DNA from: Octopus sinensis
Taxonomy: Eukaryota
Reading direction: 5' to 3'
DNA length: 64,000 nt
Assembly: GCF_006345805.1 (NCBI RefSeq)
Contig: NC_042999.1
Coordinates: 119,412,001 to 119,476,000, forward strand
The notes under the pieces are model-generated. The model ran no database searches, was not told where the DNA came from, and worked only from the letters and a program-made list of their open reading frames with translations. The position numbers and the translations under genes were made by a program. Shown here piece by piece: positions 24,831-37,394 of the stretch (the first letter of the stretch is position 1; every line of letters starts with the position of its first letter).

Positions 24831-25565
24831 ATATCACAGTACCATAGTATTGAGCACCCATCAATGCACTTCTAATTTTGCTTTGATTGCACCTTTCCAT
24901 TCCATCTTGTCCTAAATTCCTTGACTAAATAGTCTCCCCATCATCAGGGAGGCCTTCCAAGTGGCCTTTTCCAATCCTTTGGATCCCACTTGGCATCTGT
25001 TGAATTTTGTGACATGTATAACCCTGCAAAATTTATGCTTTTGATATTCTGTCATCACATTGTTCACTCCACTCCCTTCTTGAATTATCTCATTTCAAAT
25101 GTTCTCTCTTAATGATATTCCTATCATTGATCTTTCCATGGCTCTTTACACCAAAGCCAATAAATGTTCTATCCTCTTCCTAATAGCTCACATCTCATTT
25201 GCATATAAGAATGCTGGTAGGGCAGTGCTACTGAAGGGTCTAGCATGTGTGACATTGTCTAGCTTTGTTTGGAGTACATCCTTTATTGAGGTAAATGCCT
25301 TCATTCTGCCTTTATTTTCTTTGAGGTTTCAGCAGCCATATCTCAGCACATATTCACTGTGTGCTCTAAGTAGACATACTCCTTTACTTCCTAGATTTCA
25401 TTTCTTCCCACCTCTAATAAGGGTCCCAATTTAGAAAGGTATCAAGCAAGGAAATACCATCTCTCCAAAGCTTTTTACCATATGACTAGAAATACTCATT
25501 AAGTACATTGACTAACACACTTCTGATTTGCTGGTGACATTGTACTCATCATCGCTGAAACCAAA
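24831..25565 (-). mobile_element. RTE LINE 3' fragment with inverted 5' segment
   Basis: 24831-25416 (minus) encodes the C-terminal region (EVKEYVYL..., ERSMIGISLRE...). 25417-25565 (plus) encodes upstream RT motifs VPI*KGIKQGNTISPKLF and FAGDIVLI. Confidence 0.75.
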
Positions 25566-26038
25566 ATATGTCAGACTTACCAAATCTGATCAAGATCTTA
25601 ATAAGTATTTCTGCCTGTGCTGCATTTATCTACTCTTAACTATTTCGATTTAGATATATATCTGGCAGTCTTAATTGCTTTATTATTAAACTCTTCTAAA
25701 ATGGCAAGCTGGCAGAATTGTTAGTATGCCGAGCAAAATGTTTTGTAGCACTTCATCTGTCTTTTCGCTCTGAGTTCAAATTGCACTGAAGTTGACTTTG
25801 CCTTTCATCCTTTCAGGATCGATGTAATTGACTATCCATCTTCCCCAAATTTCATGCCGTGTGCCTATAGTAAAAAAGAATATTAAACTCTTCTCAACAG
25901 TCTATAAATTGCAATTTTTGCTTCCATTTTCATACTGGTTTAATTTTTTGAGTATCATCCTTTTTATGCTGTAATTCAGGATATCTGTCTTAAAGCCAAG
26001 ATGTGTCTGGTGACATTAGTTGTGTACAGACAATCAGC

Positions 26039-26652
26039 TATGGTGTCATGTTTTAAATTTGCCTTTAGTCATACTTATGTATTGCATGATGGTGAAACTT
26101 TGATTGTGATGTTAGTGTTCAGCTTTCACTTGAGAGAAAAAAAACCTTTGTGTTGCATGCTTTATCTCATTGGCAAATGCTCCTATTCCTGTATGATACG
26201 CTTTTTTTATTCAGGTGTTACTGTGACCGTGGGTTTGCAGAATATGATATTTTCATGTTTTATGAGCAGTTGTAACTCAGCTTTATCATGTAATTGTTGA
26301 ATAAACAATATCTGTGGTTAACTGGAAAATGATTTTATAGCAAGTTATGGTGTCATGTTTTAAATTTGCCTTTAGTCATACTTATGTATTGCATGATGGT
26401 GAAACTTTGATTGTGATGTTAGTGTTCAGCTTTCACTTGAGAGAAAAAAAACCTTTGTGTTGCATGCTTTATCTCATTGGCAAATGCTCCTATTCCTGTA
26501 TGATACGCTTTTTTTATTCAGGTGTTACTGTGACCGTGGGTTTGCAGAATATGATATTTTCATGTTTTATGAGCAGTTGTAACTCAGCTTTATCATGTAA
26601 TTGTTGAATAAACAATATCTGTGGTTAACTGGAAAATGATTTTATAGCAAGT
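26039..26652. repeat. Exact 307-bp tandem duplication
   Basis: 26039-26345 = 26346-26652, with a 2-bp TA microhomology at the junction. Confidence 0.95.
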
Positions 26653-27204
26653 TAAAAAGATTGTAGTGACCTGTTTCTTTATAATGAGTGAGAAGGGAAA
26701 TAACCAATATTGTTACATCTTGTTTTCTTTTAAGGGGATCATGTGTATGTTCCTATATTACTAATGACTGATGTTATGTTATTCTTAAAACCATTGGCCT
26801 ATATCATGCTATTGTGATTGGCATTTGACTGTCAGGATGTCTTTATTTGCTGACAGATTTAATATTCTGCTATCATTTTCAGTAAAGTTCTTGAAGCAAA
26901 ATCCCTTGGTTGTTTATATATGATATGAATGTACTTGATAGTTGACACATACAGTGATATAAGATAATGAAATAATTGATAGTATGTTCAATCACTTATG
27001 TTATATGAAACTATGCTATATATATAGATTTCAAAGGAATTTCAACATTGCATTTCATCTCAACGCTATGAAAGGCTTTTTCATAATCAACAAAAGTGAT
27101 ATGCAGAAAACTCGTATGCATTCACTCATTCTATGGGTTGTGTTAGAATGAATATATGGTCTATTGTACTTTAGTCCCTATAGAAACCTGCTTGCTCTCT
27201 TTGA

Positions 27205-27933
27205 TTCACAGATGACATTGTACTCATCACTGAAACTGCTGACTATGCTGTCTGAGCTGGACACCCATAACTTAGTAGTAGAAATAGCATGTAAACAAAA
27301 TATATGTGGTCAGAGGATTTAGCACAAGGCTGAATAGAAGTGGGAAGTGGTGAAATTGAGGAGGTAAAGGAGTACTTCTGCCTAGGATACACAATGAATA
27401 TGTGCCAAGATGTGATGCTGAAATTACAAAGACAAAAGAATAAGAGCAGGATGGACGGATGTGCTCAAAACAAAGATTGACAATACCATGTGCCAGACTC
27501 TTCAATAACACCATTCTACCTTTGCTCTTATAGACATGAGGTTTGGGCTACTATGAAGAGGAAAGAATATCAGTTGGCTTTGGTGCAAATTGCCAGAGGA
27601 AGATTCAAGTTAGGATCATATTTAAAATGAGATCATTCGAGAATGAACTGGAGTGAACAATGTGAACATAAGATATTGAAAGCACAAGTTCCACTGGGTT
27701 AGACATGCTGCAAGGTTCACAGATAACAGGTGGACCCACGCACTTGCCAAATGGCATCCAAGATATTGGAAAGGCTCCTTGGAAGGCTTCCAAGAGGATA
27801 AGAAGATTATTTTGTGAAATGATTTGGGTCAACATGAAAAATAATGGTACAATCAAGACAGGATTGTAAGTGCATTGTGACCAGCAGTGTATAACAGTAT
27901 AACTGCATCTGATGATGTGGTCAGTACTGTGAT
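27205..27933 (+). mobile_element. RTE LINE 3' fragment (same family as 24831-25565)
   Basis: DDIVLITET; EEVKEY; WVRHAARFTDNRWT. It shares the gtactgtgata terminus with the 24831 copy. Confidence 0.75.
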
Positions 27934-28239
27934 ATATAGGTTAAAATCAAAACTGAAGTTGTTAAAAAGCAAATGTTATGCAAATTGAAATATCAGAGTA
28001 AAATATAAATATAAGGAAATAAGAACAACAATTTGCACTTTACCTAATATTTCTGTATTTTGGGGTTCATATCATTTCATCAGGAGAAAATGCAAGCTGG
28101 TGGTGAGCTGCTGTCTTTTGCTCATCACTCAATGCTTCACTAAAACAACACAATGCTAATATATGTATACACACACACTCATAAAGATTTATGTGTATAT
28201 GAATATATATATATATACATATATCTTCGATATTTAGGT

Positions 28240-28885
28240 CTCACCAAGGAAATGACTAGAGACCGAGACCTATGGAAGTATGCTGTGCGTGAGAAGACCC
28301 GGCAAGACTAGTCAGGCCATAACCCGTGGCCCCTACCTGGGACGTAGTCAGTCCACCTGTGCATACCTTCCTTCTTGTGACACTTGTGAAGACCTGTTGA
28401 GGCAAGTGAAAATCAAATCAAATCAAAAAATCAAAAAATCAAACAAAATCAAAATAGATGAACATCAATGGAATTTGTATCTTTGTGGTACCAGTGCCGG
28501 TGGCACACGAGAAAACCATCCGAACGTATCCGAGCGTGGTCGTCTGCTAGCCTTGTCTGGCACCTGTGTTGGTGGCACATAAAAACACCATCCGAGCGTG
28601 GCCGTTCGCCAGCCTCGTCTGGCACCTGTGTCGGTGGCATATAAAAACACCATCCGAGCGTGGCCGTTCGCCAGCCTCGTCTGGCACCTGTGTCGGTGGC
28701 ACATAAAATCACCCACTACACTCTCGGAGTGGTTGGCGTTAGGAAGGGCATCCAGCTGTAGAAACACTGCCAGATCAGACTGGCCTGGTGCAGTTTTCGG
28801 GCTCTCCAGACCCCAGTTGAACCGTCCAACCCATGCTAGCATGGAAAGCGGACGTTAAATGATGATGATAATGATGATGATGATA
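28240..28885 (+). mobile_element. RTE LINE extreme 3' end with tail containing 60-bp subrepeats
   Basis: EMTRDRDLWKYAVREKTR, then (aaatc)n, three ~60-bp units, the family terminus and (TGA)n. Confidence 0.85.
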
Positions 28886-28899
28886 TATATATGCATACA

Positions 28900-28997
<98 letters not shown>

Positions 28998-31542
28998 TGT
29001 GTGTGTGTGTGTGAATTAAATAAAATCTGTATATGAAAATATACTTGTCTTTAAAAGTAAAATGAATCTGAGTGTGGTTAAAAACCAATTTAAAATGGAA
29101 TGCAGTATGATTGGCAGCTGTCTAATTCCTGTTTTCATCCTAACTGGAATCATGTCAGAATGGCTGGTCTCATATAATTCTCATCCAATTGCAATCGACT
29201 ATATGTAATTTTGATTTATTTTTAAATCCTTTGCTAGCCTAGTACTGGGTTGACTAAATGAATGTATTCCCTTGTCTAAGTAAAAAAAAAAGATGAAAAA
29301 TGAAAGATTGTACAGAATACAAAAAATTAAAAAAAAAAGTGTAAGATACTCTTAACTCTACAATCTACTGTATCATATGAAGAATTGGACCACCTATATA
29401 ATAATTAGATCTGTTAGAAATAATAGCTAAATTTACATTAAATTACATCTTGTCATGTTGTCTACTCTCAGGCCAGCTTTGATTGTAAAAAACCTGTGAT
29501 CAAAGACATACTTGATGTGAACATCCTGTCATTTTAGAACTACACAAGACTACATGATCTAATGTGTTTACGTATGTTTCACATTTTTATCATGGTGAAG
29601 GAAGGGGATACGATTGATGATATAGTCTTAGACTTGTAATGCATTAGAAGATGATGACATGGTCAGTGGGGTTGGCTTGGAGTTAAACACTAACACCATC
29701 AACAACAATTGTATTTGCAGTGTCTATGACACTGTCATCTGCAAAAACAGACATTATAGTATAGAACACAACATATATTTGCTTTGTGGGGAATACTATC
29801 CCAGACCTTTGTTCCTCATTAGTTCTATAATCACCAAGTGGCCATCATTATTGATTAATTTTCTAGTTTCAATGATACAGTAATTATTAACTCCTTGGAG
29901 ACAACACTCCATTGTTATTAGAGCTACTAGACAAAATGTCTTGTGGTATTAACATACAGACCTTTACAATCTGAGTTCAAATATTACCAAGATCACCTTT
30001 GCCTTCCATCATTTTGGGGTTGAATAAATAAATTATCAGTCAAATATTTGTGTCAATGTAATTAGTAAACCATCTCTAATGTCCAATTGCAGACTTCTGA
30101 CTTTCTTTCTTCTCTTTATTTTAGTATTTTCATGGTAATTTCCTTTCCTGTAAGCAAAACAGAGGGAGATATATTCAATGTTTTTTATTGGTAACTTCAA
30201 TGGATAGATGTTACATTACCTTAGACACTACAAAGAACGTGACTAATTTAAATATAGATGAGCTAACTGAAATTTTAGCTCCATGCAAACTATATTTCAC
30301 CTTCAAGGACCATAAAACAAATTTTATATTGATCTATCAATTAGGACTAAATATTAATTAGACATTGTTAGCTAGGAAGATTTTAAATAAAGTGATCCAT
30401 AAAGCCTCAGGAATTTTCATTCCGCCCTTGTGGAACAGCATTATTTCATCATAAAATGGTTTAACCATCAAGCATTTACATTATTCTCTCAAATGTAATG
30501 TTTATTTATTCACATTGTTTTAAATTAATTATAAAGTATCTTGTAGCTTCAAAATTTCAATCATGTGATTGGTTATTTTTTAGATTGACATTGTAGGATA
30601 GGTGTGAGAGGCCAAATCTGGTTTGTTTGAACATAAAGCTGAATATGGCCAATTTAAATGCTAATGGGTTAATTCATACCAGTACTAATTCAACATTGTT
30701 GTTGACACCATTATTCCAAAAGTCATTAATTTTTAATGACAGTCATATTCTCATTAGTGAATCCAATATTAAAACCGTAATGCATTTAAGAAAATGTTTA
30801 TCATCTTTTGACAGTAGCCAGTACATAGGCTAAAATGACATTGCATCTTTGATGTCAGCATTGGTTCAAATGACACAGCAGAAATTTCTGAATGGATTTA
30901 TTACATTTTGTTCTAAATTAAAGCTAAATTTAAATTTTGTATGGAGTGGGCTATGTTGGGGTGATAACATTTCTAACTTAATATGAATAACCAAACACTG
31001 ATTCATTCAAGAAAAACTTTGATATATTTGAAAATATCAACTTAAACAATATGTTTAACACTTATATTAAATAATTGCATTGAGATTATATATGTTCTAA
31101 TTATTTACTTATGGGAATCCTTATGATATTAGGTTCAATCTCACAGCATGACACCTTGCAGCAAGTGACTCCTATTATAGTCCTAGGCTGAACAAAGCCT
31201 TGTTAGTGGATTTAGTAAATAGAAACTTAATGAAGCATGTCATATGTGTGTGTGTGTGTACAAGTTCATGTGTATTTATGTACATATATATGTGTATGTC
31301 TGTGAGAGTGTTTCGTGTTTCCTTGTCTTGACATCCCATGAGAGTTGCAAGCAAGTGCCACTGTCATACAAGCAGTGTCATTCATTTCTAGGCTTCTATG
31401 AAAAGTATCTGGAGAAGGGGACATATTACCTTACTTGAAAACTGATGAGGGTTGGAAACAGGAAGAGCATCTAGCAATAGAAAATCTGCCTTAATATACT
31501 CCATCTGACCCATGCAAGGATAGAAAAGTAAATGTTAAAACA

Positions 31543-31583
<41 letters not shown>

Positions 31584-31939
31584 GATAAATCTGAACCATT
31601 AAACAACAAGACTAAAATATCCAACCAAAACTGTTAGCCCCTATGAAGCTTTATAAAAGATTTTTTTAAAAGATCAAATAAAGCCTATTACAAATAATAA
31701 TAGCAATCTTAGATGAAAAAACAGAAAACAATATACTATGGTTTAATACTTCTATATGATCTTGAAGTAAGCATTTGCATTGCGAGAAAACCCCTGAACC
31801 ATTTACATAGACATTTTACTTTCTCAGATCTTGGAAAAAAAAACCCAAGAATTTTTAACATAAAAACATTAAAGACTGATATCCTTGGCAGCGATGGTTT
31901 TATCTTGTATCTGAGAATTTGGTTTCTTCTTTGCTGAAT

Positions 31940-32400
31940 ACTTTTTTTATGGTGATGTTGTTGATGACTCTGTAGAGCAATTTTTGCATAGAAGTGTCAA
32001 TGGCATTGACTGCACGGAAACGAGGTTGATTTTGTCAAGCCTTTCTTTCATTTGATTTCTTCCTTTTCTCTTCTGGTGGCTTTGAAGTTCTTAGTTCTGA
32101 TGGTGATGGAACACTGCCACTTGATTCAGTCTCAGGCTTGTGTTTCAAATAATTTAGGCTCAATTCCTGTGTCTTTCAGTATTGCTTTCAGTTGGTCCTT
32201 GTATCTTCAAAGAGGGCAACCCCATGGTCTTTTCCCTGAAGTGATCTCATTGAATAAGACTTGGTGTGGAAACCTTGACACTTCCATTCTTGCTACATGT
32301 CCTGACCATCAAAGACATTGTTTCATTATCGACAATTCGTTACTCTGGTTGTTGGCTCTTTCCAGGCCTTTGTTGTTGGTCACATAGTGTTCCCATTTGA
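31940..32400 (-). mobile_element. RTE (BovB-like) LINE C-terminal fragment
   Basis: Minus strand: QCL*WSGHVARMEVSRFPHQVLFNEITSGKRPWGCPL*RYKDQLKAIL. Confidence 0.75.
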
Positions 32401-33300
32401 TGACCACTAACAAGTTTATCAAATCACTGTCTGAAATACAAATTATCAACTATTTCTAATCCCATTCAATTGCACAACTGTGTTAATCCTGATGCATGAA
32501 ATTTAATGGTAAATGCTTAACAAGCTCTGTTGTTTACTGTGTAAAAGTGACATAATTCTATGAACCTACTGTTAAAGAATATATTGGTTTAATAGCAAAT
32601 CATATGGTGCTGAAGTTAGCTAGACAAGCAGTCAGTTTTATCAAATTATATTCAAACAATAAAATAATCAACCAAATATCAATATCAAATGTCAAATTTT
32701 CAAATATGCAAATTCTTATAACCAAATCTCTAACTTCAGTAATTCATGTATCTCTAAAATTTAAGCAATCATTTTCCAAAATGAAATTACACTCTATAGC
32801 AACTCTGGACTAATGTCATTTTGGAGACCTAAAACTTCATTTTCAGCTGAAAAATAGCAAGCTCCTTTCATTTATTTGATTATGTATTTATTGTTTAAAA
32901 CCTTACTAAAATAAATTTATTTTAATAATTTCAATACATGACAAATATTGCTTACAAAGATTTTCTATAAAATTATTCAGAACAATTTTATTTGTCTTTG
33001 TTCCTTTCCTTTCCTTATCCTATTTTGCAAAAGAACAGATTACATAACAGAGCCATCCTTTTCTATTTACATTTATTCTGTTATTTTCAGTATTGTATTT
33101 TTTTAATCATCTTTGAATAAACTGGTGCTGATGCCACATAGAAAGTACCTGCTATGCTCTGTAAAGTGGTTGTGGTAAGTTACGAAGGGCACTCAACTGT
33201 AGAAACAATGCCAAAACATACAAGATAACCTGAGGTTTCTGGCCTTGCCAGCTCTTGACAAACTGTCCAACCCATGCCAGCATGGAAAATGAATGCTAAA

Positions 33301-33351
<51 letters not shown>

Positions 33352-34243
33352 CGATGACGACGACGTATGTGTGAGTGTGTGTGTGTGTATTATGTCATCA
33401 ACATCTTCATTGCCTTACATCTGCTTTCCATAATACTGGCATGACTTGAATGGGTTATCACAGACTGAAACAGTTCTTGTGTAGAGCTACTGCTGTTTTA
33501 GGCTGGTTGAAGGGCCATAATTCACTTATACATTTTATTATTATTATTTTTTTGGTTTTGTTTTATGGCTTAGTTTCTTCAGTTGTTGTATGCCTTTCCC
33601 GACACCAATCACTTTGTAGCCATAAAATGGCAAGCCATGTATTCATCTCTTCAGTAAAACACCTGTTTCTCTCTCCCTGTCATAATTTCTTATTTCACTT
33701 GACTATACTCCACTCAGTCGAGGGATCTTATTCTGTGGGTACTTAGTGACATCACTGGTGCTGGTGCCAAGTGAAAAGCACCCAGCGCACTCTGTTAAGT
33801 GGTTGGCATTAGAAAAGGCATCCAGCAGTAGAAACCATGCCAAAGCAGATGTAGAACATGGTGAAGTCCACTGGTTCATCTGTTCTTATCAAACCATTCC
33901 CAACCCATTCCCCCATGGAAAAAGGGATATTAAATGATAACAATGATGATACACACACAGAGGAATTTACAGAAAAGCAAAAGACAAAGACAGGTGTATG
34001 AACAAAAAGAAGGTGTATTAGTTTGATGTTCTGGAAAGTGAGAAAGTCTTTTATGTTTTGAGCAAACACTCTTCAACAGAAAGGAATAAGAGAAAATAAA
34101 CAGAGGGAGAAGAAAAGCTCATGGATTTAGTCAAAAGGCATAAGGAGAAGAAAAAAAGAAGAAAAGGAGAGAAAAGGAAAAGAAAAGAAGATGAAAAAGA
34201 AAAGAACAGGAGAGATAGATAGATAGATAGATACAATGAGACA

Positions 34244-34350
34244 GTCCATGTCTTCCTTGGATGCATCCATGTTGTTGTGAGATCACCTTTGTGCATAAAA
34301 TAAGTGCTTGCAATGTAAAGTCCATGTTCATCGCAAAGCTCCAGCAGCAT
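34244..34350 (-). pseudogene. RTE AP-endonuclease fragment
   Basis: LLELCDEHGLYIASTYFMHKGDLTTTWMHPRKTW, typical of the RTE endonuclease C-terminal block. Confidence 0.7.
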
Positions 34351-34379
34351 GCATACATACATACATACATACATTCATT

Positions 34380-35790
34380 GCTGGACCAGATCATGAAGTT
34401 TCAGAAAAGGTCATAGCTCACCTAATTGGTAAGACTAAGATGAGATGCAGTTAGGTCTTGTTCTATTACTGATGCTAGCCTCCTAGTAAGAAAACTATGG
34501 GAGAAGCATTTAGCCAGAAATAAACTGCAGTACTTGGCCTTTGTTGATATGGAGAAGGCTTTGACAGGGTCCCTTTCTTCTTCATCCAGTGGTTGCTGTG
34601 GAAGCTTGGGGTAGGAGAATGGCTGGAGAGGGATTCACAGCCATGCACAAGGATGTTTTCAATAAGGTGTAAGTCAACGGTGAGTATTGCAACGAATTTA
34701 GTATGCTGATAGGATTTCACCAAAACTAAATTTTCAGTCATTTCTTGCTTAGCATAGTCCTTTAGGACATAACTGAGGAATTTAAAACTGGTTACCCATG
34801 AAAGCTGATGACCTTATAGTTAAATCTGTAGTAGTATTAGAGAAGAAATTTCTAGTGTGAAAGCAAGTCCTGAAATCAAAGGGTGTTAGAGTTATTTTAG
34901 CAAAGATCCAAGTCTTTGTTAGCAGGAAAGCAGACAAATTACTAATCCCTTCAGAGAAATGGCCCTGCTTGATATGTAGAAAAGGTGTTGGTAGAAATTT
35001 TATTTGGTATATCCAATGCAAGCTATGAACACATAAGTGGTGTACTAAAACCACAGGAAGGCTAACAGAGAAAGTAGTGTTTGAGTGTGACATATGTGCA
35101 GGAATAATAAATACTAAGAACACACAGGAAATAGATTTCCTCCAGTGCCTGGGGTGTTCCTTTGAAATGAAGATAGTTTTAGTTACATAGGTGACCACCA
35201 AATAAGCAGTGAAGTAAGTTGTTCTGAAAGCATAGTTGCTAGAATAAAAACTGGCTAGTCAAAGTTCAGAGAGCTGTCACCTTTATTGGTTACAAAAGAA
35301 CTCTTTCTCTTTCAGAGTGAAAGGCAGATTGTGCAATGCTATGCTACATGCTAGTGACACATGGGATGTTACTGTAGAGGACTTGAGTACGCTTGAAAGA
35401 AATGGTGCCAACATGCTCCTCTGGATGTGCAATTTCAGTGTGCATGACTGACAAAGTGTAAATGTTTTGAGAGAAAAATTGGGTATAAGAAGCATCAGAT
35501 TCAGTGTGTAAAAGAGAAGACTGCACTGGTATGGTCATGTGATGCATGAGGATGAGGACAGCTGTATAAAGAAGTATCAATCTTTAAATGTAGAGGGAAT
35601 CAGTGGAAGATGAAGACCCAGGAAAATATAGGATGAGGTGGTGTGAAACGATCATCAGATGTTAAGCATCATAGAAGAGATGACAAAGGATTGAGATGCT
35701 TGGTGTTTTAGTGTACTTTAGAAGACCTGTCCAGTTAACTAAAATAGAGGCAATAAGAGCATATTGTTTATGTCAATGTCCCTGCATACG
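34380..35790 (+). mobile_element. Decayed RTE-clade LINE (RT to 3' end)
   Basis: YLAFVDMEKAFDRVP; LERNGANMLLWMCN; RRLHWYGHV; RPRKI*DEVV. Same family as 9335. Confidence 0.8.
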
Positions 35791-37363
35791 ATCTGTCCCT
35801 GACAAACCTTACTTACTTATTTGTACTTGTGACGTGTTCACTCAGGGCAGGTTGAACCGGCTTCTTCTCTGGTCCTGACAGCATCATGAACCATGGTGGC
35901 CCACGCTCAATGGTATCTTTCATAAGTAGGTAGATAGTTCATATTCGTATTTATTGCCATGGTAGTAGTAGGATTCATAGAAGAAGTTTCATGGGAATTT
36001 TGAATTCACAAGCGGTCCTTGACATCCTGCATACATATCCCGAGTGACGGGCACTCTATTTGCCACAGAGTCTCCACAGATGCAGGGACAGAACGACCTC
36101 GAAGCCACCGGTTGCCAATCAGACACCTCTTGGAATTTTCACCAGAGCCCCGTTGGCCAGGCTGTGGCTCTAATACTGCTCAGTGCCAGACCAATCCACC
36201 TTGGGTGGCCCTACCAGGAACTGAAGTTCCTGACAGCATAGCTCTGACACTGCCCGTTTACACCACCCTACCACTTTGAGGAGGGGTTGGACTTTAGGGT
36301 AGCCCTGACAAACCTCTTCTCCCAAAACCCATCTTCCAAACACCCTTTCCATCCACCCACTGAGTTCACTATCTCACTGTATTCCCATCACCTCTGTCTC
36401 ACAGTCTCCCTTCCCACTCTTGTAAACCAACATGCACACAATGTGTCCCTGTTGAATCTCTTCCCTGCAACCTTTTCTCCTAACACATCTTCCTGTTTGT
36501 ACCCTCTCACTGCATTCCCTCCCCCCCATCTCCCACTTCCCTTTCACAATCTCATGAAATTACCCACCCACTCATCCTATCCAATCCTTGGTTCTACTTT
36601 ACTTATATACACCTACCTGTAACTTGACTGTACCCTGCCCCTTGTCACATTTCTTCCATCTTCTCTCTCTCTCCTCTTCTCTACTGAGGTAGCCTTGAAT
36701 CTCCTTTTATGCAAGATACCTATTTCTGTCTCTCTATTGTTAATTTAACCTCTCATCACTTGACACAAAGACACTGCTCTCAAAACTTCACCCCACCCAT
36801 TTAAGAAGTCTTATCTCATATGTTATCTGGTGACCTTACGAGTGCTGGTGCCATGTAAAATGCAACCAGTACACTCTGTAAAGTGGTTGGCATTAGGAGG
36901 GGCATCAAGCCATAGAAACCATGCCAAAGCAGACAATGGCGCTTAGTGTAGTCTTCTGACTTGCCAGCTCCTGTGAAACTGTTCAGTTTATGCCAACATA
37001 GAAAAATAAATGTTAAATGATGAACATGATGATGATGATGATGATGATATATTTGATTAATTTATTTTTTAAATCCCATACTTTTCCTTCTTTACTCTCT
37101 ACTTTTCTCGATTATTTGTTATTTTCCTTTGGTATTTTTCTATACACTGTATTTTTTAATACAGTCATTTTTATTGAATAATAACAAGCAATCAAATTAC
37201 ATATTTATTTACAAATATTTTGCAACTTTTCATAGGCACCTAAATCACGTATTTATGAATGCTCTTTGCAAACCTCATTATTACCCGGTGAACTAAAAGG
37301 TGAAGCAGGCATTTCTTTTAAGAAGTTTCAGCTTCTTTTAGCTATTGCTATGCACATAATTGC

Positions 37364-37394
<31 letters not shown>

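Noticed and set aside
36150-36300. RTE-like 5' UTR (gtggccctaccagg...gcatagctct) that might hold an HDV-like ribozyme
   Set aside because: I could not build the nested double pseudoknot from this copy.
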